Shown here: positions 37,322 through 50,039 of the stretch, piece by piece | How the letters are laid out: each line of letters begins with the position of its first letter | Position numbering within the stretch: position 1 is the stretch's first letter | Source of the DNA: Felis catus | Lineage: Eukaryota | Reading direction: 5' to 3' | Length of the DNA: 64,000 nucleotides | Assembly (NCBI RefSeq): GCF_018350175.1 | Contig: NC_058368.1 | Span: forward strand, 213,902,001-213,966,000 | Notes under the pieces: generated by a model | Seen by the model: the letters and a program-made list of their open reading frames with translations, nothing else | Databases searched by the model: none | What the model was told of the DNA's origin: nothing | Translations under genes and position numbers: made by a program

Positions 37322-38876
37322 GTAAGAGAAAAGGTTATTTAATAGCTTCATGTAGTTTGCTCTTTTGTTTATTTCACACTCATTTGTTTAAAGCATTGAA
37401 CTTGGTCAGCTCTGGCTATCTGCCATAGGAATGCCCTTAAAGTGTGGAGTTCACTGTTGAAAGGGCAGTGAGATGTAGCTCTAGGAGCAAGGTTAAAATT
37501 TGGGTCCTTTTTCAACTTCTACTGACCTATTTTGGAACTTCTTTCTCCTCATGTTGCATTTACTGATGGTAACTTTACATCTGTTTCCAGTTTGTTTTGG
37601 AAAAGGGGACAGATTTTGGTTATTGGTCGTTATCGGAGAGGAAATTAGAACAGTGAAACCGAATCTGATAGCTGTTGGAAATAATCTTATTCATTATCTC
37701 CAGTGACAAGACCAGTGCTTGATTCATTTTTCTTCCCATATATTTACATATTTTTCCTAATTGTTTTTCATTGCGGATGCTCAGCAGCTGATTTATCTAA
37801 ATATATGCAAGAGGTTTAAAATTCCAAAGCAAGATTAATGCGAATCTCAGAATGATTCATTGCCTGATTTTGAATTTAGTGGTGTCAACAAATCACACTA
37901 AGAAATAGCAACTAGACAGCAAACAAGCTTGTGCACTTAACATTTGTTGAGTCGGGGTCGATTTCCTGAGCCCCCAGCTCTTCTTGCGAACCTTGTTTAA
38001 CAGTGCGGCTTTGTCACGGGCAGTGGAGCACTGAGGGGGATTGACGAGCACGACACACATGCTTAGCTTGTACCTGCTTCATTCTGAGCGAGTCCTGGGA
38101 ATTCTACCTGTCTTTCAAAAAAAGAAAACAGAAGGGGCCACCCCTTCATTCTCCAGCTTAAAAGGGCTTTTTTGCTTCCTTTTGATTTTTAAGGTCATAA
38201 GCCTTCATTTGCTGTTGTAAAGGTTGATGACTTCTGGCGTGATCTCACACAGGGTGATTTGTGAACCCTGAGCAAGACAAGTGGGAAGAATTAGGAGACA
38301 AGTCTCACATATATCGTCTGTTAAGCTTGTTGATGGGAGAAATTTTGGTACTAGGTTTTGTAGTTTTTCTTAGCCCTTTATTTGCCTTCATTAAGAGTTT
38401 GAACTTTTTTGGGCACAAAAGACCTCTTTTTATGGTAACTCTGTAATAGTGATTCTGGGTGTTTGAAGGGTAAGGGTGAGCAGGGGTAGGGTTGGGGGAC
38501 AAACCTATTAGAGCCTGTCAGTATGTGTGTGTGTGTAGTTTGAATTAACAAAAAGTCCCTAGGAGATTCTAATTCTGAGATTTATAAGTGGATTAGGAAA
38601 ATACAAGGTTTTAATTTTTAAATTTCACATCATTTTATTTGTATGTTTGGAAGGGCTGAGTTCATATTTTTGTAGGAATTCCAATGGCATTATTGCCTAC
38701 TTTATATAGCCAGCCAATTAGCTCTTGTAGGACAGTGGCCATATTTTTTAGGAAATTGCATGATTTTAGTATAGTTTTAATACACATTTTTTAAGACACT
38801 TGACTAGGACAAGTTGAATCTTTCGTTGATATATATTTGCTGTAGTATAGTAGTTTGATTTTGGTTTATTTTTCAG

Positions 38877-38958
38877 AATTTTTGTGTGAAAGGACTTGAG
38901 CTCTTTTCGTTATTCCTGTTCAGAGATATTTTGGAATTGTATGACTGGAATCTTAAAG
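38877..38958 (+). CDS. DROSHA: DROSHA coding exon, 82 nt (NFCVKGLELFSLFLFRDILELYDWNLK)
   Basis: ttttcag|AAT TTT...AAA G|gtaaat. Confidence 0.97.
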
Positions 38959-39401
38959 GTAAATAATAGGATATAAAGAAAAGTATAGTGCTTATAAAAG
39001 AATATTGTAATATGTGTAAAAACTTATGAAAGTGGGGAAACAGTAGAAATTTCCCTTATTTTTGAAATACCCAGGGAAAAGTATATTATTCATAAGAACA
39101 GTTGTTATCATTTGATGTGAATAAGTTCTTATTTTAATACAGTTTGACAATGTTCATTAGCTAAAATTACCATTATCCATTATCTGATGATACCTCAGAA
39201 GATGATACCAGTTACTATGAGTAACTACCTTGATTTATGTACACTAGGGAAAATCTCATTAGTTAATATTTTAAATTTATTGACCTTTACTGTAATAAAC
39301 TTCTTCTAAGATGACAGTTTACTAAAACAGAATTTTGGTTAACCTTCAAAACACACACATACACTTTGAGCTGTATCAGTTTAAAATTAGTTCTTTTTAA
39401 A

Positions 39402-39603
39402 TTTTCTTTTTTTTTTTTTTTTTAACATTTATTTTTGGGAGACAGAGTGTGAATGGGGGAGGGACAAAGAGAGGGGGAAACACAGAATCTGAAGCAGGCT
39501 CCAGGCTCTGAGCTGTCTGTCAGCACAGAGTTGGACGTGGGGCTCGAACTCACGAACTGTGAGCTCATGATTGCTTAACTGACTGAGCCACCCAGGCACC
39601 CCC
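39402..39603 (-). mobile_element. CanSINE
   Basis: Poly-T plus body ending gagccacccaggcacccc. Confidence 0.95.
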
Positions 39604-40126
39604 AAAATTTAGTTCTTAGATAATTGTTCATTCCTTTGGAAGTATCTGTATTCCATCAGTCATTGACTTACCTAATTTTAAAACAGTGTACTGATGGATG
39701 GCTTTTCAAACCAAGTTTTTAATGGCATTTCTCTCTTTTCCCCCCAGTTGTATTGATTAAAGTAGAACAGAATTAAAATACAAGCATATTATATCATGCA
39801 GTAGTTCAGTTATAACAAGTCTTTATATTTTTGGATTTCTAAAAATAGTTTTCCTGTACATGTCATATACTAGGTATATCCTTGGGGCCTTTATTCTCCT
39901 CTGACTTTGGGGACTCCCCTCACTGCAGTCTTCATTGGGTGTTTGTGGCAGTTACCACATGATTGATTGAGCCGTTGGGGAGAAGAAGGGGTGGTGTTTT
40001 TTATGTCCCTACTTCTCTGGTGGTGTTTTGTGGTGGTTGTCATAAATCTTAGGAATTAAGTCGCAGCATTTGTTTTCTAAGGCTGTTTTATTTATTTTTT
40101 CTTTCCTTTTCACTTGTTTGCTTTAG

Positions 40127-40201
40127 GCCCTTTGTTTGAAGACAGTCCTCCCTGCTGCCCAAGATTTCATTTCATGCCACGGTTTGTGAGGTTTCTTCCA
40201 G
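40127..40201 (+). CDS. DROSHA: DROSHA coding exon, 75 nt (GPLFEDSPPCCPRFHFMPRFVRFLP)
   Basis: gctttag|GC CCT TTG...CCA G|gtaaat. Confidence 0.97.
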
Positions 40202-40688
40202 GTAAATCTTTTGGCTTGTCAGTGACCCAGTGTGATAGTGCATCTGAAAATAAGCCTGCCGTTCTCCTTTCAATCTTTATGGACAACTTCCCATCTCAGA
40301 TACTGTTAATTATCTACTTCTTAGGTCAGGAATGAAATGTAAAATTACACATTCTGATTTGTACCCCTGTATAATATATGATAGCCCCAAATTAGATGAG
40401 CAGTGGACAAGCGATTTATAAATTTTGAAGATCTAGATAAAGTATCATGCAAGTATTAAAATTAATATGGGAAAACTATGACTCTAAAAAATGCATATAG
40501 TTAGTTGGAAAACAATTGGTATAAAATTTTATATGCACTATGATTATAACTAAGGCAAAAATTACTGCAATAATAGATATATTAATATACTGTATTATAG
40601 GTGGTTTTTTTCCTATTTTTTTTGACACATGCTTTTATGCATTTTATAGTGAAAAAATAAGTTATTTTCTCACTAAGTAAAGGTATTA

Positions 40689-40903
40689 CTTTTTAATTTT
40701 CATTTATTTATTTTTTTATTTTAGACAAAATATGAGTGGGGAGAGGGGCAGAGGAGGGGTGGCAGGGTGGGGGAGAGAATCACAGGCAGGCTCCATGCCC
40801 AGTGTGGAGCCTGATGTGGGGCTTGATCCCAAGATCCTGGGATCATGACCTGAGCCAAGATCAAGAGTCAGACACTCAACCAACAGAGCCACCCAGGAGA
40901 CCC
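40689..40903 (-). mobile_element. CanSINE (older subfamily)
   Basis: ggctccatgcccagtgtggagcctgatgtggggcttgatccc...ccacccaggagaccc. Confidence 0.92.
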
Positions 40904-41292
40904 TTTAATTTTTTTAAAGCAGTATTTTAAGTTTTACATTTTTTTTTTCAAGAGTCTAGCTATGCGATATGGTATTCTATTTAGCATTTTTAAAAATGGC
41001 AAGGTTTTCAATGAAATCTTTGGATGCGTTTTTGTTTGCAAAATCTTTACCTAAATGAATTCATCCCTAGAATCTCCTTCTGGCGTCACACTTTCTGGTG
41101 ACATCTTTCTATTCCTCTAGGCTCTTATGCAGTCTGTTTGCTTCTACCTGAATCTGTCTTCCCTTTTCTCCCTGTGTGGAGCCACCTTTCTTTGCCTTCT
41201 CTCTTCAGTCTTGTGCTCTGACGTCTATCTCTCAGCTCTACTGACCTCAGCCCCTTGTGCTAGCCACCAACCTCCATTGAAATATCAGTTTG

Positions 41293-41520
41293 GGGGCGCC
41301 TGGATGGCTCAGTCGGTTAAGCGGCCGACTTCAGCTCAGGTCACGATCTCGCGGTCCGTGAGTTCGAGCCCCGTGTCAGGCTCTGGGCTGATGGCTCAGA
41401 GCCTGCAGCCTGCTTCCGATTCTGTGTCTCCCTCTCTCTCTGCCCCTCCCCCGTTCATGCTCTGTCTCTCTCTGTCTCAAAAATAAATAAAACGTTAAAA
41501 AAAAAATAAAAAAAAAAAAA
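41293..41520 (+). mobile_element. Young SINEC_Fc-type CanSINE
   Basis: CpG-rich near-consensus body; perfect TSD gaaatatcagtttg (41279-41292 and 41521-41534). Confidence 0.97.
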
Positions 41521-43179
41521 GAAATATCAGTTTGGCCATTTGCCTTTTCTTGTTCTGTATATGGGCCACTAAGTGATACTGGAGAAAAACAATTAGCTGC
41601 TGCAATAGATCTGTGGTCTACAATTTCATCTGGGGAGCTTTTCAGAGTGTAAACTTTCTGCCCACATCTGCATATCAGCAATTTCAGGAGGTCAGCCCTG
41701 TGTTCATGCTCTCCTTCTCATGCCTCTTGTCCTCCTGGGTGCTGGAGACCTTGCCTCCCCATGCCTCAGAACCCTCGTATGAGCCTGTCAGACCTTGGTC
41801 CATTCACAGCCTGGCTTTGCGTGGGTGCCCTACCCCCTCTAACTCTGTCCCCACCCCCTTGCAGCTGCTGATGCCAAAGCTGTCCTCCCCAAAACCACAT
41901 CAGTTTCAGTCTCTTCCCTGATGTGGTACCTGGGCTCTTGACCCTCTCTTCTGTGTGCTGAGCTCTTTTCGCTTTCCTCTTGGCTCTCTGATTTGTCTTT
42001 TATGGCTTTTGTTTCTTGTCTACTCATTCTAGTTTAGATTTTCCTCAAGATTTTGTCCTTGATACTCTTCCCTTAGTTGAGACACTCAGTCACAATGGCT
42101 TATTTTTATTTTAGAGTAGCGTTACTTATATTTTTGGTATTATTGTTAATGCTTATTTTATTGGAAAGTTTCATTTGGAAAATGCATTCAAAAGCTTTTC
42201 TCCTTTGTTCAGCTGGTTTTATTTTCTTGAGAAGTTCTTTTTTCTTTTCATGTGAACGTATCTCTGATTTTATAATGGAACTTTAGCAACGAACTTATTA
42301 GAAAATGGTGTTAGAGTGAGCTTGTTGAAAGCCTTTCCTTTCTCTGTCTGCCTCTAGGCACTTTATAACCAAACGAATTGTAAGAGAAAGTGGACAGTTT
42401 TAAAATCATCTTAAAGAAAAATCATATGTCAGATATTTACTTTGTGGGATTTGAACTCTTACAAAATGTTTCCTATAACTATGTAGGGTTAACATTTAGT
42501 TTGTCATAAAGAAAAAGGTCTATTGATTTATTTTTAAGCAGGATTTACTTTTCCTTGGACTTCCTTTTGGAAATATATATATTAAAAAGCCCTGAAATAT
42601 ACAGAAAAATATTTAACATATAAAATGCATTTTGGTATTGGGTGGCAAATTATGATTGATTTGTTTTCCACAATACGATTTCATTAAAATCTTTTAGAAA
42701 ATGGTGAATAAAAAACATTTTAATATATATTTTTATTGTTGTTTGTGCAGAGGCTGTTTCTACATAGTTGTCATCGTACTAATGTATGATTTGCATCCCA
42801 GTTTTCACTAATTCATTGAGTAGATGGATACTTTTAAAGAATGGGGTATATAGTACCAAATTTCTTCTCTAAAGAATAGCATCAGTTTATGCTGCCATGA
42901 AAAATGCATTATTAGTCATCTTCACATTTTGGACCCTCCCTCCTTTTTTCTTCACTTCTTCCTTCCTTCCTGTAACTTCATGAGGCTAAGGAGTAAACAG
43001 TGTCTGTCTTGTATCAGTGCTAACATACTACTTGGCACATAGCAGGGACTCAATAAATATTTGTTTACTGACTTTAATTGATCATAGTAGTGCCTTAGTT
43101 AATTATTCCTGTATTTTGTTACTAATAAGAGTGAATCTAATTTCAAATGTTCTCTGGTATTGTCTCTCATTTTTAAAAA

Positions 43180-43394
43180 TAAAAATTTTAATGTTTATTT
43201 TTGAGAGAGAGAGTGACAGAGTGTGAGCGGTGGGGGGGGGCGGGGGGGGGCGGCGGGGGACACAGAATCTGAAGCAGGCTCCAGGCTCTGAGCTGTCACC
43301 ACAGAGGCTGACACAGGGCTCAAACCTATAAACTGTGAGATCGTGACCTGAGCCAAAGTCGGATGCTTAACTAACTGAGCCACCCAGGTGCCCC
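43180..43394 (-). mobile_element. CanSINE with G-run expansion
   Basis: Flanked by the 23-bp direct repeat gtattgtctctcatttttaaaaa. Confidence 0.95.
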
Positions 43395-43419
43395 TTGTAT
43401 TGTCTCTCATTTTTAAAAA

Positions 43420-44668
43420 GTAAACCATTAAAGTATAACACAAACACTGAAAAATGCCCATATCATAAATATAAGACTTCAGTGAATTTGCACAGTGAAT
43501 ATGACTGTGTACTCAGCACCCAGATCAAGATTATCAGCATCCAAGATCCCCTTTGCAGTCACCTCCCTGCTCCTCAAGGGTAGCCTCTGTTCTGACTTAA
43601 AATCACCATGTTAGCTTTGCTTGTTTTTTAATGATAAAAGCTATAATTGTGTGTTCCTTTTTTTTTTTTGTCTTATTTTGCATTAAGAGTTTTTGAGACA
43701 CCTGGTATACTTAACTGTAGTTGGTTCATTCTCATTACTGCGTAGTATTATATGGTATGACTAAGATGTATTCGACCTATCTGTGATTAATGGGCACTTG
43801 GGTTTTGTCAGTTTTTGGCTCTTTCAGATACCATACATACGTTCATCGTTATACTTGTACATGCCTTTTGGTGAGTGTGTATTTGTGCTTTCTCATTGTG
43901 GATATATACCTAGGAGTGGAGTAGAAATTTTGGTTGTGTTTATATTAAGCTTTGTAGATAATTTCTAACAGTTTCCCAAAATGGTTGTTTCATTTTCCAT
44001 CCCCACCCGTAGTATTATATGACCTTTCAAGTTATTCTGCATTCTCACCAACACCTGGCATTTTTCTTTCTTTTTCAAGCTAGCCATTTTGTTGAGTGTT
44101 CAGAGGTATCACATTATTGTTTTAATTTTCATTTCCCTAATGACTTATGAAATGGAGCATCATTTCATATATTAACTATTTGGATGTTGTGTTTTGAAGT
44201 GTCTGTTTAAGTCTTTAGCTTATTTTTCTACTCAGTGATGTCTGCCTTTTTCTCATTTATTTGTAGGTATATAGTATACGGATTATAGATGAGACTTCTG
44301 TGAGATGTGTAGATTGCTAATACCTCCTCTGTTGATTGCTTTTTCATTATCTTAATGGTGATTTTTGATGAACACAAATTCTTAATTTTAACATAGTCTA
44401 TACCCAATTTTCCTTTTATGCTTAGAGCTTTTTGTATCTTGTTTATGAAATCTTTGCCTATCTTAAGGTCATCAAGATACTCTCCTGTATTTTCTAGAAA
44501 TTAGATCTTTAATATGTCTCAAAATTTGTTTCTCTAATTGGTATAAGAATCAAGATTCCTTTTTTTAAATATGGGCATCCAGTTGACCCTGCACCATTTA
44601 TTGGAAAGATCATTCTTTCTTCACAGAATTGAAGTGTTACCTTTACCCTTTATTGGCTCAACTGTGTT

Positions 44669-44719
<51 letters not shown>

Positions 44720-45360
44720 ACAAATAATACAAAAGTGTGTAAAGCAAAAAAGTAAACATCCCCTTCTAGAAGGGTGAAAATGAGTAGGTGCTATAAATGG
44801 TTTGGTTTGTATTCGTTTTAATCCATATAGGGAAAATTATGCTTTTCTTCTTCAAGTGGGATAACACTAAATATGTTATACAGCTTGCCTTTTTTTACTT
44901 GACTATTTTAGACATCCGCTATAAAAATACATTGCCTTATTCTTTAACACCTTCATAGCATTCTGTAGTATGAATGGACATTAATTTTTTGGACAGTTCC
45001 TCTAGTGACAAATATTTTAGAGATCTCTGTTCTTTTCTCCAGTACATATAAATACTTTGACAATAGTCTTGTACATCTTCTATGAGCTAGAGTTCTAGAA
45101 GTGAAATTATTTGTTAAGACAGTATGCATATTTTAAATCTAGAAAGATGTTGCCCACATGTTCTCTAGAAAGGACATAATAGGTAGTTCTAACCAACATT
45201 TTTAACAGCATCCTTTTTCTATGTATCTGTCCACATTGGATATTATGTCTTTTATAGTTTGTCCATCTGACAGGCAAAATGTAATCTCATGGTGATTATC
45301 TGCATCTTACTTGAACTCTTATGAGAAAGAGCAGCTTTCATATATTTCAGGTATTTCATG
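43420..45360 (-). mobile_element. Ancient L1 (L1MC/L1ME-like) fragments
   Basis: attctcaccaacacctggcatt..., cattattgttttaattttcatttccctaatgact..., catccagttgaccctgcaccatttattggaaagatc. Confidence 0.75.
44671..44716. repeat. (TG)n microsatellite
   Basis: Perfect TG run. Confidence 0.97.
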
Positions 45361-47220
45361 ATCCTCTCATTCTCATTTACTTTTCATTTATATCAATTTA
45401 TTATATCTAATTGACAGTGTATCAGTCATCATAATTTTTCTTTAGTTCCCTAGTTTACACAGTTTTGAAGACAGCGGTTTCATTTGCTCCATACAGATTT
45501 ATCCAAAATTAAGCTTATAGTTTAAACCAAGGATTATTTAATGCAGGCCAGTTTACCAGGAGTCAAATCACAGAGCAACTAGTTTATTGAGATTTTAAGG
45601 ATTTTCTCAAGTTTTTGTTTCTTTCCAATCCCTACCTCTGCCTTTGGTAGCCAGACTATTGATAAGAGCTCTTCTTGAATTAAAGGTTTTATTCTTGCTC
45701 TACCTGGGGCCAAGGCAGGGTATAACTCAAGACAGGAAGCTGTACTTCTGGGAAACCTGGTCATTGCTTACATCATCACTGTAGTAAACCCTCGGAATTC
45801 CTGAATCCGTTTTGCAAATCCGTTTATTACCTTGCAAATTGATTTCTGGAAATTGCCCCATTCTGGAGAAGCAGTTTTCAAGGCATGGCTGAGAGAGAGC
45901 CAGAGGGGGAGACTATCTCAAAATTTCCAGGGGACCAAGTGTAGTGGGATAAAAACATCAATTGATATAGCATCTTAATATAACTTTCTATTTGGAGAGT
46001 GAGTTTTTGAGGGGGGAGTTTAGAAAATACCTGTTAATACACATTTTCAAAAGTTGAGATTATGTGAAGACATGTTAGCAGGAATATACAGGAAACATAA
46101 TAATGCAGTTATACCGTTATTCTCCATGTAGGAAAGAGGAAGGTATTTTTATAGTTCTTAAAATAACTATTACACCATTGAAAAAAACTTGTTTAACCAG
46201 CCATATTCTTAACACAGATTCCCTAACAAATTGTCCCCCCCCCCCCATATAAATAATCAAGCAATATAAGCTGAGAGAATTGGGTCTCTGAGAAACAGTT
46301 TATAAAGTCTGTCAGTTCGTTAATGACTGTCCAGATTCATTCCCCGAAACACAAACTCCAGTTCTTCCCGAATAATGAGCCGTTGTCACAGCTCCAGTCC
46401 CAGTGCTGGCAGAATTCCTGCTAACCTTAGCTTACCCGCTCTCATTTCTCATTTATATCATGTCCTATTTATCTCAGCCAATGAGATAAAAATTACTTCC
46501 TAGCCCTCAGTGACATAGTTCCATAAATCCCCAACATAAACATGTAGCAAAACAGACAAACCAAAAGAGCCAATTCATTAACATTAGTAAATTCATGGCA
46601 GTCTGCGAGCAAGTGGCCATGTTATTTATCTGCTTCAGAAAATCATTCCACAAGTATTTATGGAGTGACTTTTTTACCGGGCTGGGTGTGAGGGATGCAG
46701 CCCTTGCCCCGCAGGCTCTAGCAGGACTCTGGTCTCATCTTCCTTTTCTTACATTCCACAAGGATTGTGCCCCAGTACTGGACCTGGAGCAGTGCCTTGA
46801 TCCTCCCCTGGGTAAACCTTTCATCTCCGGTTATGTGTCCTGAGTTTCTGCTTTGTCACAGTGGTAAATACCTATCTTTTTAGGTGTTAGTTGCCATTTA
46901 AAATATTTATCAGGTTTCAGCATGGATTTACAATTTCTCCTTCAGCATCACCGACTTTGCACCGATGTGTATGTTTTTACATGGCTCTAGTTTTGATGCT
47001 GCTATAAAGCTCTCTTTTCTCATTAGCAGCTTTGTATGTGAACTAGGTAAAAGCATTCTTAGGAGCATTTGGTGGCCTTTTTTCTTTATCTTGCTGGTAT
47101 TCTTCTCCTAAATTGGGCTTTGCCCTTGGTTTGTAGGCTCAGGTATTCCCCTCTTCCAATACTTTTTGGTTTTTTAGACTTTTTGCTTTAAATTCATAGC
47201 ACTTAGTGTATTTCATTTCT

Positions 47221-47545
47221 GTTTTGTTTGTTTATTTATTTATTTATTTTTAAATTTACATCCAAGTTAGCATATAGTGCAACAGTGATTTCAGGGGTAG
47301 ATGCCTTGATGCCCCTTACCCATTTAGCCCATCCCCCCTCCCACAACCCTCCAGTAACCCTCTGTTCTCCATATTTAAGAGTCTCTTATGTTTTGTCCCT
47401 CTCCCTGTTTTTATATTATTTTTGCTTCTCTTCCCTTGTGTTATCTGTTCTGTGTCTTAAAGTCCTTATATGAGTGAAGTCATATGATATTTTGTCTTTC
47501 TCTGACTATAATACCCTCTAGTTCTATCCTCGTAGCTGCAAATTC
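47221..47545 (-). mobile_element. 5'-truncated carnivore/felid L1 3' end
   Basis: (TTTA)n tail and 3'UTR resembling the neighbouring L1; TSD tatttca.ttct. Confidence 0.85.
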
Positions 47546-47945
47546 TATTTCACTTCTCTTTGCGGGGCTAGGAAGTCAGCCCTCCGTAACTGCTAGTAGG
47601 GAGGTTCTAGTGCTCTTTTGTATACCTGGCATTGCATGCATTTGCTCCTTCCACCGTACACCAGTCTCCCCAAATAAAATCTGAGTGTTTTTTTCTAATC
47701 CTTATAACAGAACAACACTCTCCACCTTCCTATGGCATCCTGGGCTTCTGTTGGATCCTTGTAGGCTCAGAGTTCTCTTTAGGGGTACTACCAAATGTAG
47801 AGATTATGAGCCAAATATTATTTTATTCTTGGTTCCTAGTGAATCTAGTCAGTGTGGTAGTTCTTCTCGGGGCTCTCTAGGGTTCCTTTCTCTCTGCTTT
47901 TCCGTATGTATACACATGTAGCATACATCAGCGTATTCTGGTTTT

Positions 47946-49476
47946 ATTTTTTTATTTTTTTATTTTTTTTGTCCATAATCCAGAAATGTTTATTTTTTGA
48001 TTAACTTGTTTTATTCACCCAAAGAATCCCAGATGTTTTTTTTTCCAATATAGCTTTCAGTTATCTTGAAGATCGTTTTGCATATTTTTTTTTATATGAA
48101 ATTTATTGACAAATTGGTTTCCATACAACACCCAGTGCTCATCCCAAAAGGTGCCCTCCTCAATACCCATCACCCACCCTCTCCTCCCTCCCACCCCCCA
48201 TCAACCCTCAGTTTGTTCTCAGTTTTTAAGAGTCTCTTATTGCTTTGGCTCTCTCCCACTCTAACCTGTTTTTTTTTTTCCTTCCCCTCCCCCATGGGTT
48301 CCTGTTAAGTTTCTCAGGGTCCACATAAGAGTGAAACCATATGGTATCTGTCTTTCTCTGTATGGCTTATTTCACTTAGCATCACACTCTCCAGTTCCAT
48401 CCACATTGCTACAAAAGGCCATATTTCATTTTTTCTCATTGCCACGTAATATTCCATTGTGTATATAAACCACAATTTCTTTATCCATTCATCAGTTGAT
48501 GGACATTTAGGCTCTTTCCATAATTTGGCTATTGTTGAGAGTGCTGCTATGAACATTGGGGTACAAGTGGCCCTATGCATCAGAACTCCTGTATCCCTTG
48601 GATAAATTCCTAGCAGTGCTATTGCTGGGTCATAAGGTAGGTCTATTTTTAATTTTCTGAGGAACCTCCACACTGTTTTCCAGAGCGGCTGCACCAATTT
48701 GCATTCCCACCAACAGTGCAAGAGGGTTCCCATTTCTCCACATCCTCTCCAGCATCTATAGTCTCCTGATTTGTTCATTTTGGCCACTCTGACTGGCGTG
48801 AGGTGATACCTGAGTGTGGGTTTGATTTGTATTTCCCTGATAAGGAGCGACGCTGAACATCTTTTCATGTGCCTGTTGGCCATCCGGATGTCTTCTTTAG
48901 AGAAGTGTCTATTCATGTTTTCTGCCCATTTCTTCACTGGGTTATTTGTTTTTCGGGTGTGGAGTTTGGTGAGCTCTTTATAGATTTTGGATACTAGCCC
49001 TTTGTCCGATATGTCATTTGCGAATATCTTTTCCCATTCCGTTGGTTGCCTTTTAGTTTTGTTGGTTGTTTCCTTTGCTGTGCAGAAGCTTTTTATCTTC
49101 ATAAGGTCCCAGTAATTCACTTTTGCTTTTAATTCCCTTGCCTTTGGGGATGTGTCGAGTAAGAGATTGCTACGGCTGAGGTCAGAGAGGTCTTTTCCTG
49201 CTTTCTCCTCTAAGGTTTTGATGGTTTCCTGTCTCACATTTAGGTCCTTTATCCATTTTGAGTTTATTTTTGTGAATGGTGTGAGAAAGTGGTCTAGTTT
49301 CAACCTTCTGCATGTTGCTGTCCAGTTCTCCCAGCACCATTTGTTAAAGAGGCTGTCTTTTTTCCACTGGATGTTCTTTCCTGCTTTGTCAAAGATGAGT
49401 TGGCCATACGTTTGTGGGTCTAGCTCTGGGGTTTCTATTCTATTCCATTGGTCTATGTGTCTGTTTTTGTGCCAGT
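47946..49476 (-). mobile_element. Young 5'-truncated L1 (L1_Fc-type): ORF2 C-terminus, 3'UTR and 114-bp 3' transduction
   Basis: Uninterrupted ORF2 C-terminal frame ([12 protein letters not shown]...[18 protein letters not shown]...) ending at 48314; TSD ttctggtttt at 47936-47945 and 49478-49487. Confidence 0.96.
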
Positions 49477-50039
49477 GTTCTGGTTTTAAAGTTCTCTTGT
49501 CCATCTGTTTGCCTCAGACCCCCTGGAAGTAGAGACCACTGGGGGCTCAGACAGAGAGGCATGGTGGCTTTGCCGGGCTCCTTAGCAAAGAGGGGAACAT
49601 CATGGATTGAGGAAGACATCTTATATGCAGGGAGATTGAAATGTTTTTTTGGGACAGACTCTGAGAAATATGCCCTTAACAGTGGAAGTTTGTTAATCAA
49701 AGGTGACTCTTGGATTTAAAGCAGATGTTTTGTCATGAGGCATAAAAAGATTTTGCTGCTGTGAGCAGTATTCTGAATCAGTAGGTGGAGCATGTCCTCA
49801 TGTGGGTTGATTGTATTTTAGTCACTTCTTGGACTTTTTCTTTCTTTCTTTTTTCTTTTTTGGAGACTCTGTAATTTGATTAAGGGAACTCTGTTTTCAG
49901 AATGCTATCTATGAAGATTCCTCTAGGAACTGTTGTGATTAATCATTATTAGCTTACATATGTCTTGAGGACCTGGAGCTTGTGTTTTTGTTTGTTTTTT
50001 TCCATGGCTGTGACAGGGCACCACTCATAGTGCCTGGCA

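Noticed and set aside
48314..49504. 396-aa ORF as a host gene or active L1
   Set aside because: It is a 5'-truncated L1 ORF2 C-terminus lacking EN, RT and promoter; the ATG comes from flanking DNA by chance
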